From NCBI GenBank assembly GCA_052034235.1, contig JBPOIT010000013.1:3257-67256 (forward strand): 64,000 nt of DNA, given 5' to 3'. The stretch is from Candidatus Levyibacteriota bacterium (GTDB lineage: Bacteria > Patescibacteriota > Microgenomatia > Levybacterales > UBA12049). Within the stretch, counting starts at the first letter, position 1. Each line of letters begins with the position of its first letter. Below are positions 20,571-30,154 of this stretch, piece after piece. The notes below the pieces were generated by a model. That model saw only the letters and a program-made list of their open reading frames with translations, was not told the origin of the DNA and did not search any database. The position numbers and the translations under genes were made by a program.

Positions 20571-21743
20571 TCAGCTAAATATAGAAAGAATTTGCTTGAT
20601 TTCACTTCGAGTTAATTCCGGATTATTTCCAAAATACAAACCTTGCTCATGTATAAGTCCGGCATTCGAGTTACTGAGGACATATTTCTTTTCGTACTTA
20701 CTAAAAAAAGGCTGTTTGGTCATGTCTCCACCAACAATCGGTCTGAGTTCGATAATACCATCACATTTATTTACTAATTCATCTCGAACTTTTTTAGATT
20801 TACAAATGACAGGAAAAGCAAAATTTGAAATGAGATCTATGTGGTCATAACGTATCGGATAAAAAAGATCTTTTTTTGCATATATCTTTTCTGCCACTTC
20901 TAAAAATGTTTCTTTTCTCTTTTTAACTATTTCATCCAGGTATGGAACTTGTGTATTACCGATAAATCCATTAATTTCTGTCGGACGCAAATTGTAACCG
21001 AGATCATAGAAGGTATAGCGTGAATAAAAAGTGGAATTTACTTTATGTTTGTTTCTAATTTTTAACTGAGGCTTTTCTGCTAAATTTCTATCCCAACCAT
21101 GTGCTCTGACAAGACGCAGCATTGTTGCGAGGTTTTCATTATCAGTACATACAGCCCCTCCTTCAATTGTAGACATATGATGACCAACATAAAACGAAAA
21201 TGTGCTCGCAGCGCCATAATTCCCTAGTTTTTTTCCTTTATAGACAGTACCTAACGATTCACAATTATCTTCAATGAGTATTATTTTCTCCTCATCACAA
21301 ATTTTTTTAATTTCATCAATATCATCACAAAATCCAAGCAAATTGGTCAGAAACACCATTTTTAGATCATGCTTTCTGAGCGTTTCTCTTAATTTTTTAC
21401 TGGAAACATTTAGAGTATCGATTTCAACATCAATTGGCACTGCACGTAAGCCAAGCTGAATAAGTGGCATAACGTTTGTTGACCAGGTAAGTGCTGAGAA
21501 ACCAACTCTGTCACCTTTACTTATTTTTCCTAGATTAAGTAGTGCTTGCACGATAGCAAGATTTGCTGAACTACCGCTATTGAGAAAGATACAATGTTTA
21601 CGACCCTGCCATTTTGCAAAAGCTGCTTCAAATTTATGGCATTCAGGACCAAAACTCATCATATCAGCATGTTGAATAAAGTTTGTTAACTTTTTCTTTG
21701 TATCTGATTCATTGTAGAAAGTTGATTTTATTAATTTAATCAT
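20571..21743 (-). CDS. DegT/DnrJ/EryC1-family PLP enzyme with His in place of the catalytic Lys: ColD/E1-like sugar 3-dehydratase
   Basis: 390 aa with FLNSGSSANLA, SFYVGHHMSTIEGG (His188 where aminotransferases have Lys), RAHGW and YNLRPTEI motifs. Confidence 0.6.
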   Translation of the reverse strand: MIKLIKSTFYNESDTKKKLTNFIQHADMMSFGPECHKFEAAFAKWQGRKHCIFLNSGSSANLAIVQALLNLGKISKGDRVGFSALTWSTNVMPLIQLGLRAVPIDVEIDTLNVSSKKLRETLRKHDLKMVFLTNLLGFCDDIDEIKKICDEEKIILIEDNCESLGTVYKGKKLGNYGAASTFSFYVGHHMSTIEGGAVCTDNENLATMLRLVRAHGWDRNLAEKPQLKIRNKHKVNSTFYSRYTFYDLGYNLRPTEINGFIGNTQVPYLDEIVKKRKETFLEVAEKIYAKKDLFYPIRYDHIDLISNFAFPVICKSKKVRDELVNKCDGIIELRPIVGGDMTKQPFFSKYEKKYVLSNSNAGLIHEQGLYFGNNPELTRSEIKQILSIFS

Positions 21744-21749
21744 AAGTAA

Positions 21750-22904
21750 CTATAATGTTTTTTGTAATGCCGAGGAAAAAATAGTTTCCCAACTATAATC
21801 TTTACTCATTATAACAACATTTTTTTTCATTTGCTTAAGTAAGACGTCATCTGTGAGTAGTTTTATGCTGGCATCAACAAATTCTTTTTTATCATACTTA
21901 ATCGCAACTCCGCAAACTCTGTCGTTAATTTCGTAAGCAATCTGTGTCATTTTCGTTATGATAATTGGCAAGCCAGCAGCTAAATAAGCTTTTACTTTTC
22001 CAGGGTCTGTATACTGAATATAATTATCTTTTGTATTCACATAGGGTGCTAATCCATACGCTCCATATGAAAGCATTTTTTCAACCTCAGAGTGATCTTT
22101 CACAAAGCCATGCCAAGTTATATATTTAGTAACATTATATTTCTTAGCCATTGCTTTTAGCTCAGGCTCATAACTTCCGCCACCAATAATTTCTAAGTGA
22201 AATTTGGGTACTTTTTTTATAATATCTGGAATTGCTTCTATTATTAACTGTACGCCTTGTTTCGGAATAAGATGTCCCATATGAACTGCTGTGGTTCGTT
22301 TTATTTTTGCAAACGGTACAGAAGTAATATTGCCTTCAGTACCCATCGGAACAACAATTTGTTTTTGTCTATACTCCTTACTCACACCTTTTTTTTCTCT
22401 TTCAGAAACCATAACTTTTGAAAGATTCCAAACCATGTCACTATTTTTAACACAATAGGTGTCTAGCGCATGATACATATTATTCATAATGCTATTGGGA
22501 AAACGATTTGGGATATAATCGATTGTCCAGAAAGCAGTTTTTTTGACTACTCCAATTTTTTTGAGTAAAACTCCAACTGATGCATTAAAGCAATCTGCCC
22601 CTACAAAAAGGTCAATAGGCCTATTCTTTATTAACCAAGCAAAGGTCAAAACATTATCTTTTATCAGGCTCAAAAATTGATTTTTCGGAGTAAATCCTGA
22701 AAAGGTATTTACAGATTTGGATTTACCTTTTGTATAGACTCTCATATGTGATCTTGTATCCTTTGCAAAAACAAAAGGATGTCCTATGAAAATAAGTTTA
22801 TCTGTCTTTCCTGTGAGGTATGTTTCGAGAGCATGAGTCGGACCAGTCGCGTAGATATGACTTACAATTGCAATCTTTTTATTTTCGAGTTCATGTTTAT
22901 TCAT
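21750..22904 (-). CDS. GT4 family glycosyltransferase
   Basis: 384 aa. C-terminal domain HLEIIGGGSYEPELK...YGLAPYVNTKDNYIQYTDPGKVKAYLAAGLPII. Confidence 0.6.
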   Translation of the reverse strand: MNKHELENKKIAIVSHIYATGPTHALETYLTGKTDKLIFIGHPFVFAKDTRSHMRVYTKGKSKSVNTFSGFTPKNQFLSLIKDNVLTFAWLIKNRPIDLFVGADCFNASVGVLLKKIGVVKKTAFWTIDYIPNRFPNSIMNNMYHALDTYCVKNSDMVWNLSKVMVSEREKKGVSKEYRQKQIVVPMGTEGNITSVPFAKIKRTTAVHMGHLIPKQGVQLIIEAIPDIIKKVPKFHLEIIGGGSYEPELKAMAKKYNVTKYITWHGFVKDHSEVEKMLSYGAYGLAPYVNTKDNYIQYTDPGKVKAYLAAGLPIIITKMTQIAYEINDRVCGVAIKYDKKEFVDASIKLLTDDVLLKQMKKNVVIMSKDYSWETIFSSALQKTL

Positions 22905-23877
22905 TCGTTTCTTCTTTTTTAATCTCCTTTACCATCCATTCATAAAGTTTTTTAAAGCCGTCTTTGGTTGAATATTTATCACGGTATGTATAATGACGAT
23001 AAAATTTTGAATTATCTATCCCACGTGCTAAAACACCGCTTGGTTTTGAAAGGTCATAGGTATATTTCTTTTCAACTCCTGCAATTTCACACACCCAATC
23101 AGCACATTCTTGAACTGAAACGATCTTATCACTTGCTATATTTACTTCACCGAAATATGACTTGGCTGTCATTACTTCATACATTTTTTCTAAAGCGTCC
23201 TTAATGTATAGGAATGTTCTTGTCTGTTTACCGTTACCCCAAATTTCAATAGGCTTGCCGCTTTTTTTTGCATGCGCAACTTTATAAACAACTGCTGGTG
23301 GGAATTTCGCTCGCTCGCCTTTCCATTCCTGATATTCTCCAAAAATAGTATTGAGGATACCAACTCGAACATCAACCGGAGCTTCTTTTGCTAGGAGTAT
23401 CATAATAAACTTTTCCCACCCATACATTTGATCTGCATTCGCAGGTATAAGCATTTCCTCCTTCAACATGGGTGTGACCTGCTCCGTTGCCTGGATATGA
23501 ATAGGATATGCACAAGCGCTAGCCGGATAAAAAAGTCTTTTTACCTTCTTTTCCTCACAAGCTTTAAGGATATTCATATCCATGTACATATTATCCATAA
23601 ATGGCGTGTAATTATGAGCGTTAAAAAATCCAACCCCTCCCATATTTGCTGCAAAATGGAAAATGCCATCTACACCGTCTACTGCTTTGAGAGCATCTTC
23701 ATATTTTGTAAGATCAAGAAGTAAGACCTCATCCGCTTGTTCATACTGAGATCTAGTAAGTTCGTAGTGTTTTCGAATAACTGCTCTTACTTTATGCCCC
23801 TTTTTCTTGAGAAATGTTACCATTTGGCAACCAATAAAACCGGTCGCGCCGGTGACAGTAATTGTTTTTAGATTCAT
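22897..23877 (-). CDS. NAD-dependent nucleotide-sugar epimerase/dehydratase (SDR)
   Basis: ITVTGATGFIGCQMV Rossmann motif, YGWEK (YxxxK), and EIWGNGKQTRTFLYIKD. Confidence 0.7.
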   Translation of the reverse strand: MNLKTITVTGATGFIGCQMVTFLKKKGHKVRAVIRKHYELTRSQYEQADEVLLLDLTKYEDALKAVDGVDGIFHFAANMGGVGFFNAHNYTPFMDNMYMDMNILKACEEKKVKRLFYPASACAYPIHIQATEQVTPMLKEEMLIPANADQMYGWEKFIMILLAKEAPVDVRVGILNTIFGEYQEWKGERAKFPPAVVYKVAHAKKSGKPIEIWGNGKQTRTFLYIKDALEKMYEVMTAKSYFGEVNIASDKIVSVQECADWVCEIAGVEKKYTYDLSKPSGVLARGIDNSKFYRHYTYRDKYSTKDGFKKLYEWMVKEIKKEETNE

Positions 23878-24971
23878 AGTTGAGGAAATTTACTAATGGT
23901 CTCCGCTATATACTCAATTTCTTTTTTTGTAAGTTCTGGATACATTGGCAAAGATAATATTCTCTTTGCGCTTTGATCAGCATTTGGAAAGTCGCCTTGT
24001 TTGTAACCAAGATATTTATAGCATTTTTGCAAATAAATAGGAAGTGGATAATGGATGAGTGTGCTTATTCCATGATCTGTAAGATAGGATTGTAGTTTAT
24101 CTCTCTGTTCATGTTCGGCAACAAAGACATGATAACACGATACACTCTTGTCATACAGTTTTTGTGTTTTTACACCAACGAGTAATTGATTATAATATTC
24201 TGCATTTTTTACCCTTGCTTTATTCCATGTATCCAGGTGTCGTAGTTTAACACGTAAGACAGTAGCCTGTATTTCATCAAGACGAGAATTGATGCCGATT
24301 GAATCATGATAATATTTTTTTGATTGTCCATAATTTCGAAGTTTTAATAATTTCTCATATAACTCTTTACTGTTTGTGCTAATACCTCCGCCATCACCGT
24401 ACGCTCCCAAATTTTTTCCCGGATAAAAACTGAACACTCCTAAGTCACCAAAACCCCCTACACGCTTATCTTTGAAGGTTGCCCCGTGTGCTTGAGCAGC
24501 ATCCTCCACAAGAAAAAGTTTCTCACGCTTTGCAAGTGCTTTTATTGCCTCAATATCACTAGGTGCACCGTAAAGGTGAACAGGCATTATTGCTTTTGTA
24601 TTTTTCGTTATTTTCTTTTTTATCTCTTCAATATCTATTTGATGTGTCTCTTTATCGATATCGACAAAAACAGGAGTTGCACCAATTTGTGAGATGCCTA
24701 ACGCTGTCGCTATAAAGCTATTAACCGGCAGAATAACCTCATCACCTTTTCCAATACCAAGTGACCATAAAGCCAAAATTAATCCATCTGTTCCTGAAGC
24801 AACTCCAACAAAATATTTTACTCCTAAGTATTTCGCAAATTCCTTTTCAAACTGTGCTAATTCTTCCCCCAAAATAAAATATTGCCGTTTGATAACACCT
24901 TCAACGGCATCATCAACTTCATTTTTTATTTGTGCATATTGTTTTTGAAAATCTAAGAATTTAATATTCAT
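23874..24971 (-). CDS. DegT-family nucleotide-sugar aminotransferase (FdtB/QdtB-like)
   Basis: 365 aa. SFYPGKNLGAYGDGG retains the PLP-binding Lys. Also RNYGQ and NSRLDEIQA motifs. Confidence 0.75.
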   Translation of the reverse strand: MNIKFLDFQKQYAQIKNEVDDAVEGVIKRQYFILGEELAQFEKEFAKYLGVKYFVGVASGTDGLILALWSLGIGKGDEVILPVNSFIATALGISQIGATPVFVDIDKETHQIDIEEIKKKITKNTKAIMPVHLYGAPSDIEAIKALAKREKLFLVEDAAQAHGATFKDKRVGGFGDLGVFSFYPGKNLGAYGDGGGISTNSKELYEKLLKLRNYGQSKKYYHDSIGINSRLDEIQATVLRVKLRHLDTWNKARVKNAEYYNQLLVGVKTQKLYDKSVSCYHVFVAEHEQRDKLQSYLTDHGISTLIHYPLPIYLQKCYKYLGYKQGDFPNADQSAKRILSLPMYPELTKKEIEYIAETISKFPQL

Positions 24972-25531
24972 TACATTAGTGATACCTTTCCATTATCGAT
25001 TTTATATTTTTTGTGACAGCTGCATTCAAATTCGGATAAGTCCAATTCGATTTTATTCGCACAGACACATACAAACCCTTTGAGCTCCGCGGGATTACCA
25101 TATACCAAACCGAAATCAGGAACATCTTTTGTAACGACCGCACCTGCTCCTACAAGTGCGTATTGTCCCACTGTTACACCAGCAAGTATAGTCGCATTGG
25201 CACCGATCGATGCTCCCTTTTTAATAATTATAGATTGCTGAACGTAATCTTTATTTTTGCTTCGTGGATGTAAATCATTCGTGAATGCAGCTGCTGGACC
25301 AACAAAAACATTGTCTTCTAACCTAACTCCGTCCCATAAATAAACACCGCATTTAACTGTTACGTTATCTCCGAGTACAACATCATTTTCTATAAAACAA
25401 TGGTCATTAATATTTGCATTTTTCCCAATGACCGCACCTTTAAGAATATGTGTAAATGCCCAAATCGTTGATTCATCACCAATTGCATTTGTTTCAACTA
25501 TTGCTTTATCGTGTATAAAAAAATTTGCCAT
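24971..25531 (-). CDS. LbH sugar N-acetyltransferase (FdtC/QdtC-like)
   Basis: 186 aa of hexapeptide repeats (IGKNANINDHCFIENDVVLGDNVTVKCGVYLWDGV...IGANATILAGVTVGQYALVGAGAVV). Confidence 0.65.
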   Translation of the reverse strand: MANFFIHDKAIVETNAIGDESTIWAFTHILKGAVIGKNANINDHCFIENDVVLGDNVTVKCGVYLWDGVRLEDNVFVGPAAAFTNDLHPRSKNKDYVQQSIIIKKGASIGANATILAGVTVGQYALVGAGAVVTKDVPDFGLVYGNPAELKGFVCVCANKIELDLSEFECSCHKKYKIDNGKVSLM

Positions 25532-25534
25532 AGA

Positions 25535-25939
25535 CTATTTCATGAGAATTGACGGGAAAACATCATCTTGTGACCATTCCTGGTCTGTGTAATTCACAAC
25601 CGATGCCGATGCTGTAAGGCTTTTAAAAGCGTGTGCGACATGAGGTCCAATTTCAAGTCTAATATATTTTTTATCTTTGGAGTCGAGTATGAGTTTCTTT
25701 TTTTGTCCAGTTTTGACATCTTGCAATACAACGCTAACCTTCCCATGAACAACACCAAACCATTCTCGAATTCTTTTGTGATAATGATTTGCTCTTACTG
25801 TGCCCTTTTTTTTGAAGGTAACAAAATATATTTGGCCAAAATGTTCATACTTCTTTTCTAAATTTGAAGCGCGCAAAAAAACAATAAGGTCACCCCTCGC
25901 ATCACTGAATTTATCAAAATACTCTATCTTATAATCCAT
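25535..25939 (-). CDS. cupin-fold dTDP-4-keto-6-deoxyhexose 3,4-ketoisomerase (FdtA/QdtA, WxcM-like)
   Basis: 134 aa with FSDARGDL, YFVTF...RANHYHK, and HGKVSVVLQD. Confidence 0.6.
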   Translation of the reverse strand: MDYKIEYFDKFSDARGDLIVFLRASNLEKKYEHFGQIYFVTFKKKGTVRANHYHKRIREWFGVVHGKVSVVLQDVKTGQKKKLILDSKDKKYIRLEIGPHVAHAFKSLTASASVVNYTDQEWSQDDVFPSILMK

Positions 25940-25940
25940 C

Positions 25941-26936
25941 TTATTTTTGGCGAGACACTATTGCGCTTGTTGTCGTCTTGTATAAAATTACCTCCACAAT
26001 ACTCGCATATGCTGACAAAAAACACAAGACTGGATGCATTAACCAAACTGGATTCTTGTCACGAAATACACCATAGACACTAACAACAAGCGGAGCAATG
26101 ATTGTTAATGCGTACAGCGGCCAAAGTTTTATTCGCAATTTCTGCTGTTGAGATAATTGGCTTGCCCTTAATACTATACCATACTTTTTCTTTTCCAGAG
26201 CGTTTCTCGTAGCCCATCTTTGCTTTCTAAAAAAATGATCAAAATCTCGTACTGTATCATGATATAAATGAACTGAATGAACATAAGCTATTTTTTTCTT
26301 TTGGTCAAGTAAATCCAAAATTGGTCGAATGTCATCCATGGCGTCACTCTTTTTTCTTTTAAAACCTTTTCTAACGGTAAATCCTTGAGCAAATGCCATC
26401 ATTGGCCGAGTTTCATTTGATGAATAATCATAAAGATCATAAATTTCGTTGTGATCAAGTGTTTTATATATTCGATGGAATGTTCTGGCATTCGCAGCAT
26501 ATCCATAAACAAAATGATTATATGGGTCAGTAAACGTATTGACGTATTTGCTGTATATGGTGTAATTATCTTTACTATCCTGCATTGGAAATGCCGCATA
26601 TATTGTTTTATCCTCAAAAACTTGAGCCATTCTTTTTAAGCTCTCTTTGTCATGTAAAAAGTTATCTACAGCGAGAACCATCATTAAGTCTCCTGTAGCA
26701 ACAGACATACCGAGAGTAATTGCAGGTTCTGCTAATCTTTTCTCATTGTGATACACTTTGACCTTATATTTTTTTGCAATACTAAGCGTATTATCTGTAG
26801 ATCCCCCATCCAATATCAGTAATTCAATTTTATGCTTTGGATAAGTTTGATTAGTAATTGTTTCGAGAAAAGAGTGAATTATTTTGGCATTGTTATATGT
26901 TGGGGTGAGTATGGAAATGGTAGGTAATTCTTGCAT
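25941..26936 (-). CDS. GT2 family glycosyltransferase with C-terminal TM helices
   Basis: SILTPTYNNAKII...LILDGGSTDNT...LAVDNFL, then a hydrophobic C-terminus. Confidence 0.65.
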   Translation of the reverse strand: MQELPTISILTPTYNNAKIIHSFLETITNQTYPKHKIELLILDGGSTDNTLSIAKKYKVKVYHNEKRLAEPAITLGMSVATGDLMMVLAVDNFLHDKESLKRMAQVFEDKTIYAAFPMQDSKDNYTIYSKYVNTFTDPYNHFVYGYAANARTFHRIYKTLDHNEIYDLYDYSSNETRPMMAFAQGFTVRKGFKRKKSDAMDDIRPILDLLDQKKKIAYVHSVHLYHDTVRDFDHFFRKQRWATRNALEKKKYGIVLRASQLSQQQKLRIKLWPLYALTIIAPLVVSVYGVFRDKNPVWLMHPVLCFLSAYASIVEVILYKTTTSAIVSRQK

Positions 26937-26937
26937 A

Positions 26938-28038
26938 TTATGTCTTAATTTGAGATTTTATAAATTGTAATGCAACCTCAGCTGTTTTATCCCAGGAATA
27001 TTTTTTTGAATGATTTTGCCCCGCTACCTGCAATGCTTTATATTTTTTGTCGTCCTGCAATAATCCAATTGTTTCTTTTGCTAAATCATTGGGATTTGAA
27101 TTCACGAGTATACCGGTCTTATTTTGTATAATAATATCACGAAATCCAGGAATATTATAGACTACTGAAGGTGTGTTTACGAAGCCTGCTTCAGGGACAG
27201 TTAAACCCCATCCTTCCTGAGCTGAAGCACTAATGAGAATGTGCGCTCTAGCCATTAATGAAAATTTTTCTCTTTCGCTGACGAACCCCCAGAGTCTAAC
27301 TTTATTCTTTATTTTCTCTGAAATAAGCATGTTTTCAATTTCTTTTCGAAACTCACTGGTAGCAGATCCTACAAGCCATAAATTTGCATTCGGAAAAGAA
27401 TCATGGATTTTTGAAAAGGCTTCTAAAATTGAAATTGTCCCTTTTTGAATATTTAATCGGCCGACGGATATAAGAGTAGGATTTTTTTCTTTTTTTTCAA
27501 GTTTTAAATTATTTGGAAGTGTCAGACCCATTGGAATGACGATTATTACACGCTCGTTATAACCAGTTTTAATAAGATCAAGACGCGTAGATTCTGAGAT
27601 AACCATCGTAGGTGTGTTTTTATACAGTGCTAGATAAAGCTTCTCAATTAAAGAAAATGCCAGTGCTATTGGACGAGGAAAAATCTTATAGAAAAGGTTT
27701 GTTGCAACTTCACAGGTAAGTGCGATCGTTTTCTCTCGAGCATAAAGCACAGAAAAAAATGGGAACCAATGGACTTCATCTATTACGATATCGAATTTCT
27801 TTTTATTTTGAAGATAATAAAAGAATGCAAAGACATGTACGCTCCACCATCTTCCTCTTCTCATAAAATGAATGCCATTTATTACTTCTTCTTTTCGGGC
27901 ATTTGGAAATAGTGATGAATATTGATAGACTTCATGCCCGTTATCTACCCAGCGTTTAGCCATTTCATGAGTCAATTGTTCAGCACCGCCACCTGAAGGA
28001 TTTGCAATGTCACGCCAATTTAGAATTAGTATTTTCAT
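26938..28038 (-). CDS. GT4 family glycosyltransferase
   Basis: ILILNWRDIANPSGGGAEQ N-domain and C-terminal ISASAQEGWGLTVPEAGFVNTPSVV. Confidence 0.7.
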   Translation of the reverse strand: MKILILNWRDIANPSGGGAEQLTHEMAKRWVDNGHEVYQYSSLFPNARKEEVINGIHFMRRGRWWSVHVFAFFYYLQNKKKFDIVIDEVHWFPFFSVLYAREKTIALTCEVATNLFYKIFPRPIALAFSLIEKLYLALYKNTPTMVISESTRLDLIKTGYNERVIIVIPMGLTLPNNLKLEKKEKNPTLISVGRLNIQKGTISILEAFSKIHDSFPNANLWLVGSATSEFRKEIENMLISEKIKNKVRLWGFVSEREKFSLMARAHILISASAQEGWGLTVPEAGFVNTPSVVYNIPGFRDIIIQNKTGILVNSNPNDLAKETIGLLQDDKKYKALQVAGQNHSKKYSWDKTAEVALQFIKSQIKT

Positions 28039-28829
28039 GAAGATTTTATCGAAGAATCAGCTTTTTTTCTTGGGAGTCCCTTTGTATAGTAATGAATAAT
28101 CCTCAATCTATAAAAAACAGCCGCTGTATCCCAAAGCATCAGAAAAATAATCCTCCACATATTTTTAGAGGTGATACTACCCCCTTTAAAATTTATTTCA
28201 ACTGGCGCTTCATAAATTCTGGTATAACCTAACGCATACGCTACTGCGAGAATTTCAATGTCAAAGGCATAACGTTTTACAAGCAGGCGGGGTAATACAT
28301 CTTGAACGACTTTTCTTTTGAAAAATTTAATCCCAACCTGGGTGTCTCTCACTTTAAAACCAAAAAGAACTCGAGTTAACAAACGATATCCTCTTGATAA
28401 AATTTTTCTATAGAAAGGATAGTTTACTTTTGAAACAGGATGCAATTTTGATCCAACAACGATATCAGCATTGTACCATTCCATATGATTTAAAAGCATC
28501 ATAAAACCTGCTGGATGAATATCCATTCCGGAATCAATAAACCCTATCACATCACCTTTTGCCTCAAGCATCCCAAACCGAACTGCATAACCTTTGCCTT
28601 GGTTCAATTTATACCCAACAACTTTTACTTTTCTGGAGGCACATTTTTTTGCTTTTTCATGCGTTTTATCATCAAATCCGTCAACGACAATAATAACTTC
28701 GTAGTTATAACCGATTGAATCAAGAGTTTCAGTGATGTTTTTTATATCTCTTACGATTGTTTTTTCTTGTTTATATGCGGGGATGACTACAGAAAGAAGA
28801 TCCAGGGAGAAATCACTACGACTTTGCAT
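28035..28829 (-). CDS. GT2 polyprenol-phosphate glycosyltransferase-like (DPM1/GtrB-like) with hydrophobic C-terminus
   Basis: VVIPAYKQEKTI...IIVVDGFDDKT...FIDSGMDIHP...DTQVGIKFF. Confidence 0.6.
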   Translation of the reverse strand: MQSRSDFSLDLLSVVIPAYKQEKTIVRDIKNITETLDSIGYNYEVIIVVDGFDDKTHEKAKKCASRKVKVVGYKLNQGKGYAVRFGMLEAKGDVIGFIDSGMDIHPAGFMMLLNHMEWYNADIVVGSKLHPVSKVNYPFYRKILSRGYRLLTRVLFGFKVRDTQVGIKFFKRKVVQDVLPRLLVKRYAFDIEILAVAYALGYTRIYEAPVEINFKGGSITSKNMWRIIFLMLWDTAAVFYRLRIIHYYTKGLPRKKADSSIKSS

Positions 28830-28855
28830 AGACGTAGTATACCAAAAGGATATTA

Positions 28856-30130
28856 TTATGGTAAAGCAATTTTATGTTTTCTAATGACAAAATAATAATG
28901 CGAAAAGAGTCCAACAACGAGAAAACCAGTAATAGTAACAGAGATTGTTATTATTTGTTCAAATGATTGATGAAATACGTAGATAAGTACGCATTGCAAT
29001 AGTGCTCCTATCAGAATTGGTATATATACTTTTGTTTTTTGAATGGATAAATATAAATTAGCTATTATATAAAGTAATGAATATAAAGAAATAAACACTC
29101 CGAAGAAACCAAGAATGGGGCTCACGATAAGATTTTCAGTCTTTTTTGTAAAAAAGAGTATTGCTTGTTCAGGAAAAAGAAAATATCCTGCAGTCAATAC
29201 AAAAGCAAAAGCAAAGACAATGAGAAAAGACAAATTGAACGTATTCGAAAAACTTTCATTATTGCTCTTTTTTTGAATTATCATTGGAAACATAACTGCT
29301 CCTATTGGTGATGAAATATAGAAAATAACTTTCGCGATGAGTGCCATTGCCGCATAGATACCGGCACTTGTAGGGTCAAAGAAATGTTTTACCAACAAAA
29401 TATCTACAGTTATAAAGGATGTTAAACCCACCCAAGTTAGCATTGAGGGAATTCCATAGCTAAATAATTCCTTTGCTTTTATTTTAGGAACACTTTTATT
29501 TTTAGTAAAAACAAATTTTATAGGAACAAAACTAATAAGATATGCAAGTAGCGCAGAAATAAATATCGCTACTACTGCTCCAAAGACTTTATAACCAATT
29601 ATGATGGCAATAAAGCCAACTATTAACTTTGAGACAGCGCCAACAAAACTAATCATCACTTGTGATTTAAATGCCAATTTTGCCTGAATGAAAGCTATAT
29701 TTATGACACTTATTGTCCCCAAAAATATAATAAAACCTGTTAAGACAAACAAATTCATATCATAGATATGGAGGAAATCACTCACATATGGAATTAGTAA
29801 CAGAAAACCTATAAAGAGTATTACGCCGATAACAAAAAAGAACTTCATTATTTGATAATAAAAACCTCTTGCCATATCTAAATTTCCCTTCGCGAAATAA
29901 GTACCCGCGAAATTTATAACTAAAGGAATCGTTGCTGCCGTAATCAGTGAAGGAAAGGAGAAAACTGAAATAATACTAGCTAATACACCATAATCAGCAT
30001 TAGATAAATTTCTCGTCATGAAGACATTGAAGAGAAAATTAAAAAAGTTTACGAGGAGATTGCCAAGTACAACTATCGAACTACCATAGATTAAAGGATG
30101 TTTCGCTAATTTTTTGACTTTCTCACGCAT
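28856..30130 (-). CDS. Wzx-type oligosaccharide flippase (MOP superfamily, polysaccharide biosynthesis protein)
   Basis: 424 aa with about 12 hydrophobic segments. N-terminal KHPLIYGSSIVVLGNLLVNFFNFLFNVFMTRNLSNADYG matches the Wzx family. Confidence 0.7.
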   Translation of the reverse strand: MREKVKKLAKHPLIYGSSIVVLGNLLVNFFNFLFNVFMTRNLSNADYGVLASIISVFSFPSLITAATIPLVINFAGTYFAKGNLDMARGFYYQIMKFFFVIGVILFIGFLLLIPYVSDFLHIYDMNLFVLTGFIIFLGTISVINIAFIQAKLAFKSQVMISFVGAVSKLIVGFIAIIIGYKVFGAVVAIFISALLAYLISFVPIKFVFTKNKSVPKIKAKELFSYGIPSMLTWVGLTSFITVDILLVKHFFDPTSAGIYAAMALIAKVIFYISSPIGAVMFPMIIQKKSNNESFSNTFNLSFLIVFAFAFVLTAGYFLFPEQAILFFTKKTENLIVSPILGFFGVFISLYSLLYIIANLYLSIQKTKVYIPILIGALLQCVLIYVFHQSFEQIITISVTITGFLVVGLFSHYYFVIRKHKIALP

Positions 30131-30154
30131 AGTTTTTAAAAAACCTCGAAGAGT

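Noticed and set aside
20571-21743. Calling this gene a sugar aminotransferase like its neighbour 23874..24971
   Set aside because: The PLP-binding Lys position carries His (SFYVGHHMSTIEGG). A dehydratase of the ColD/E1 type is the better-supported call.
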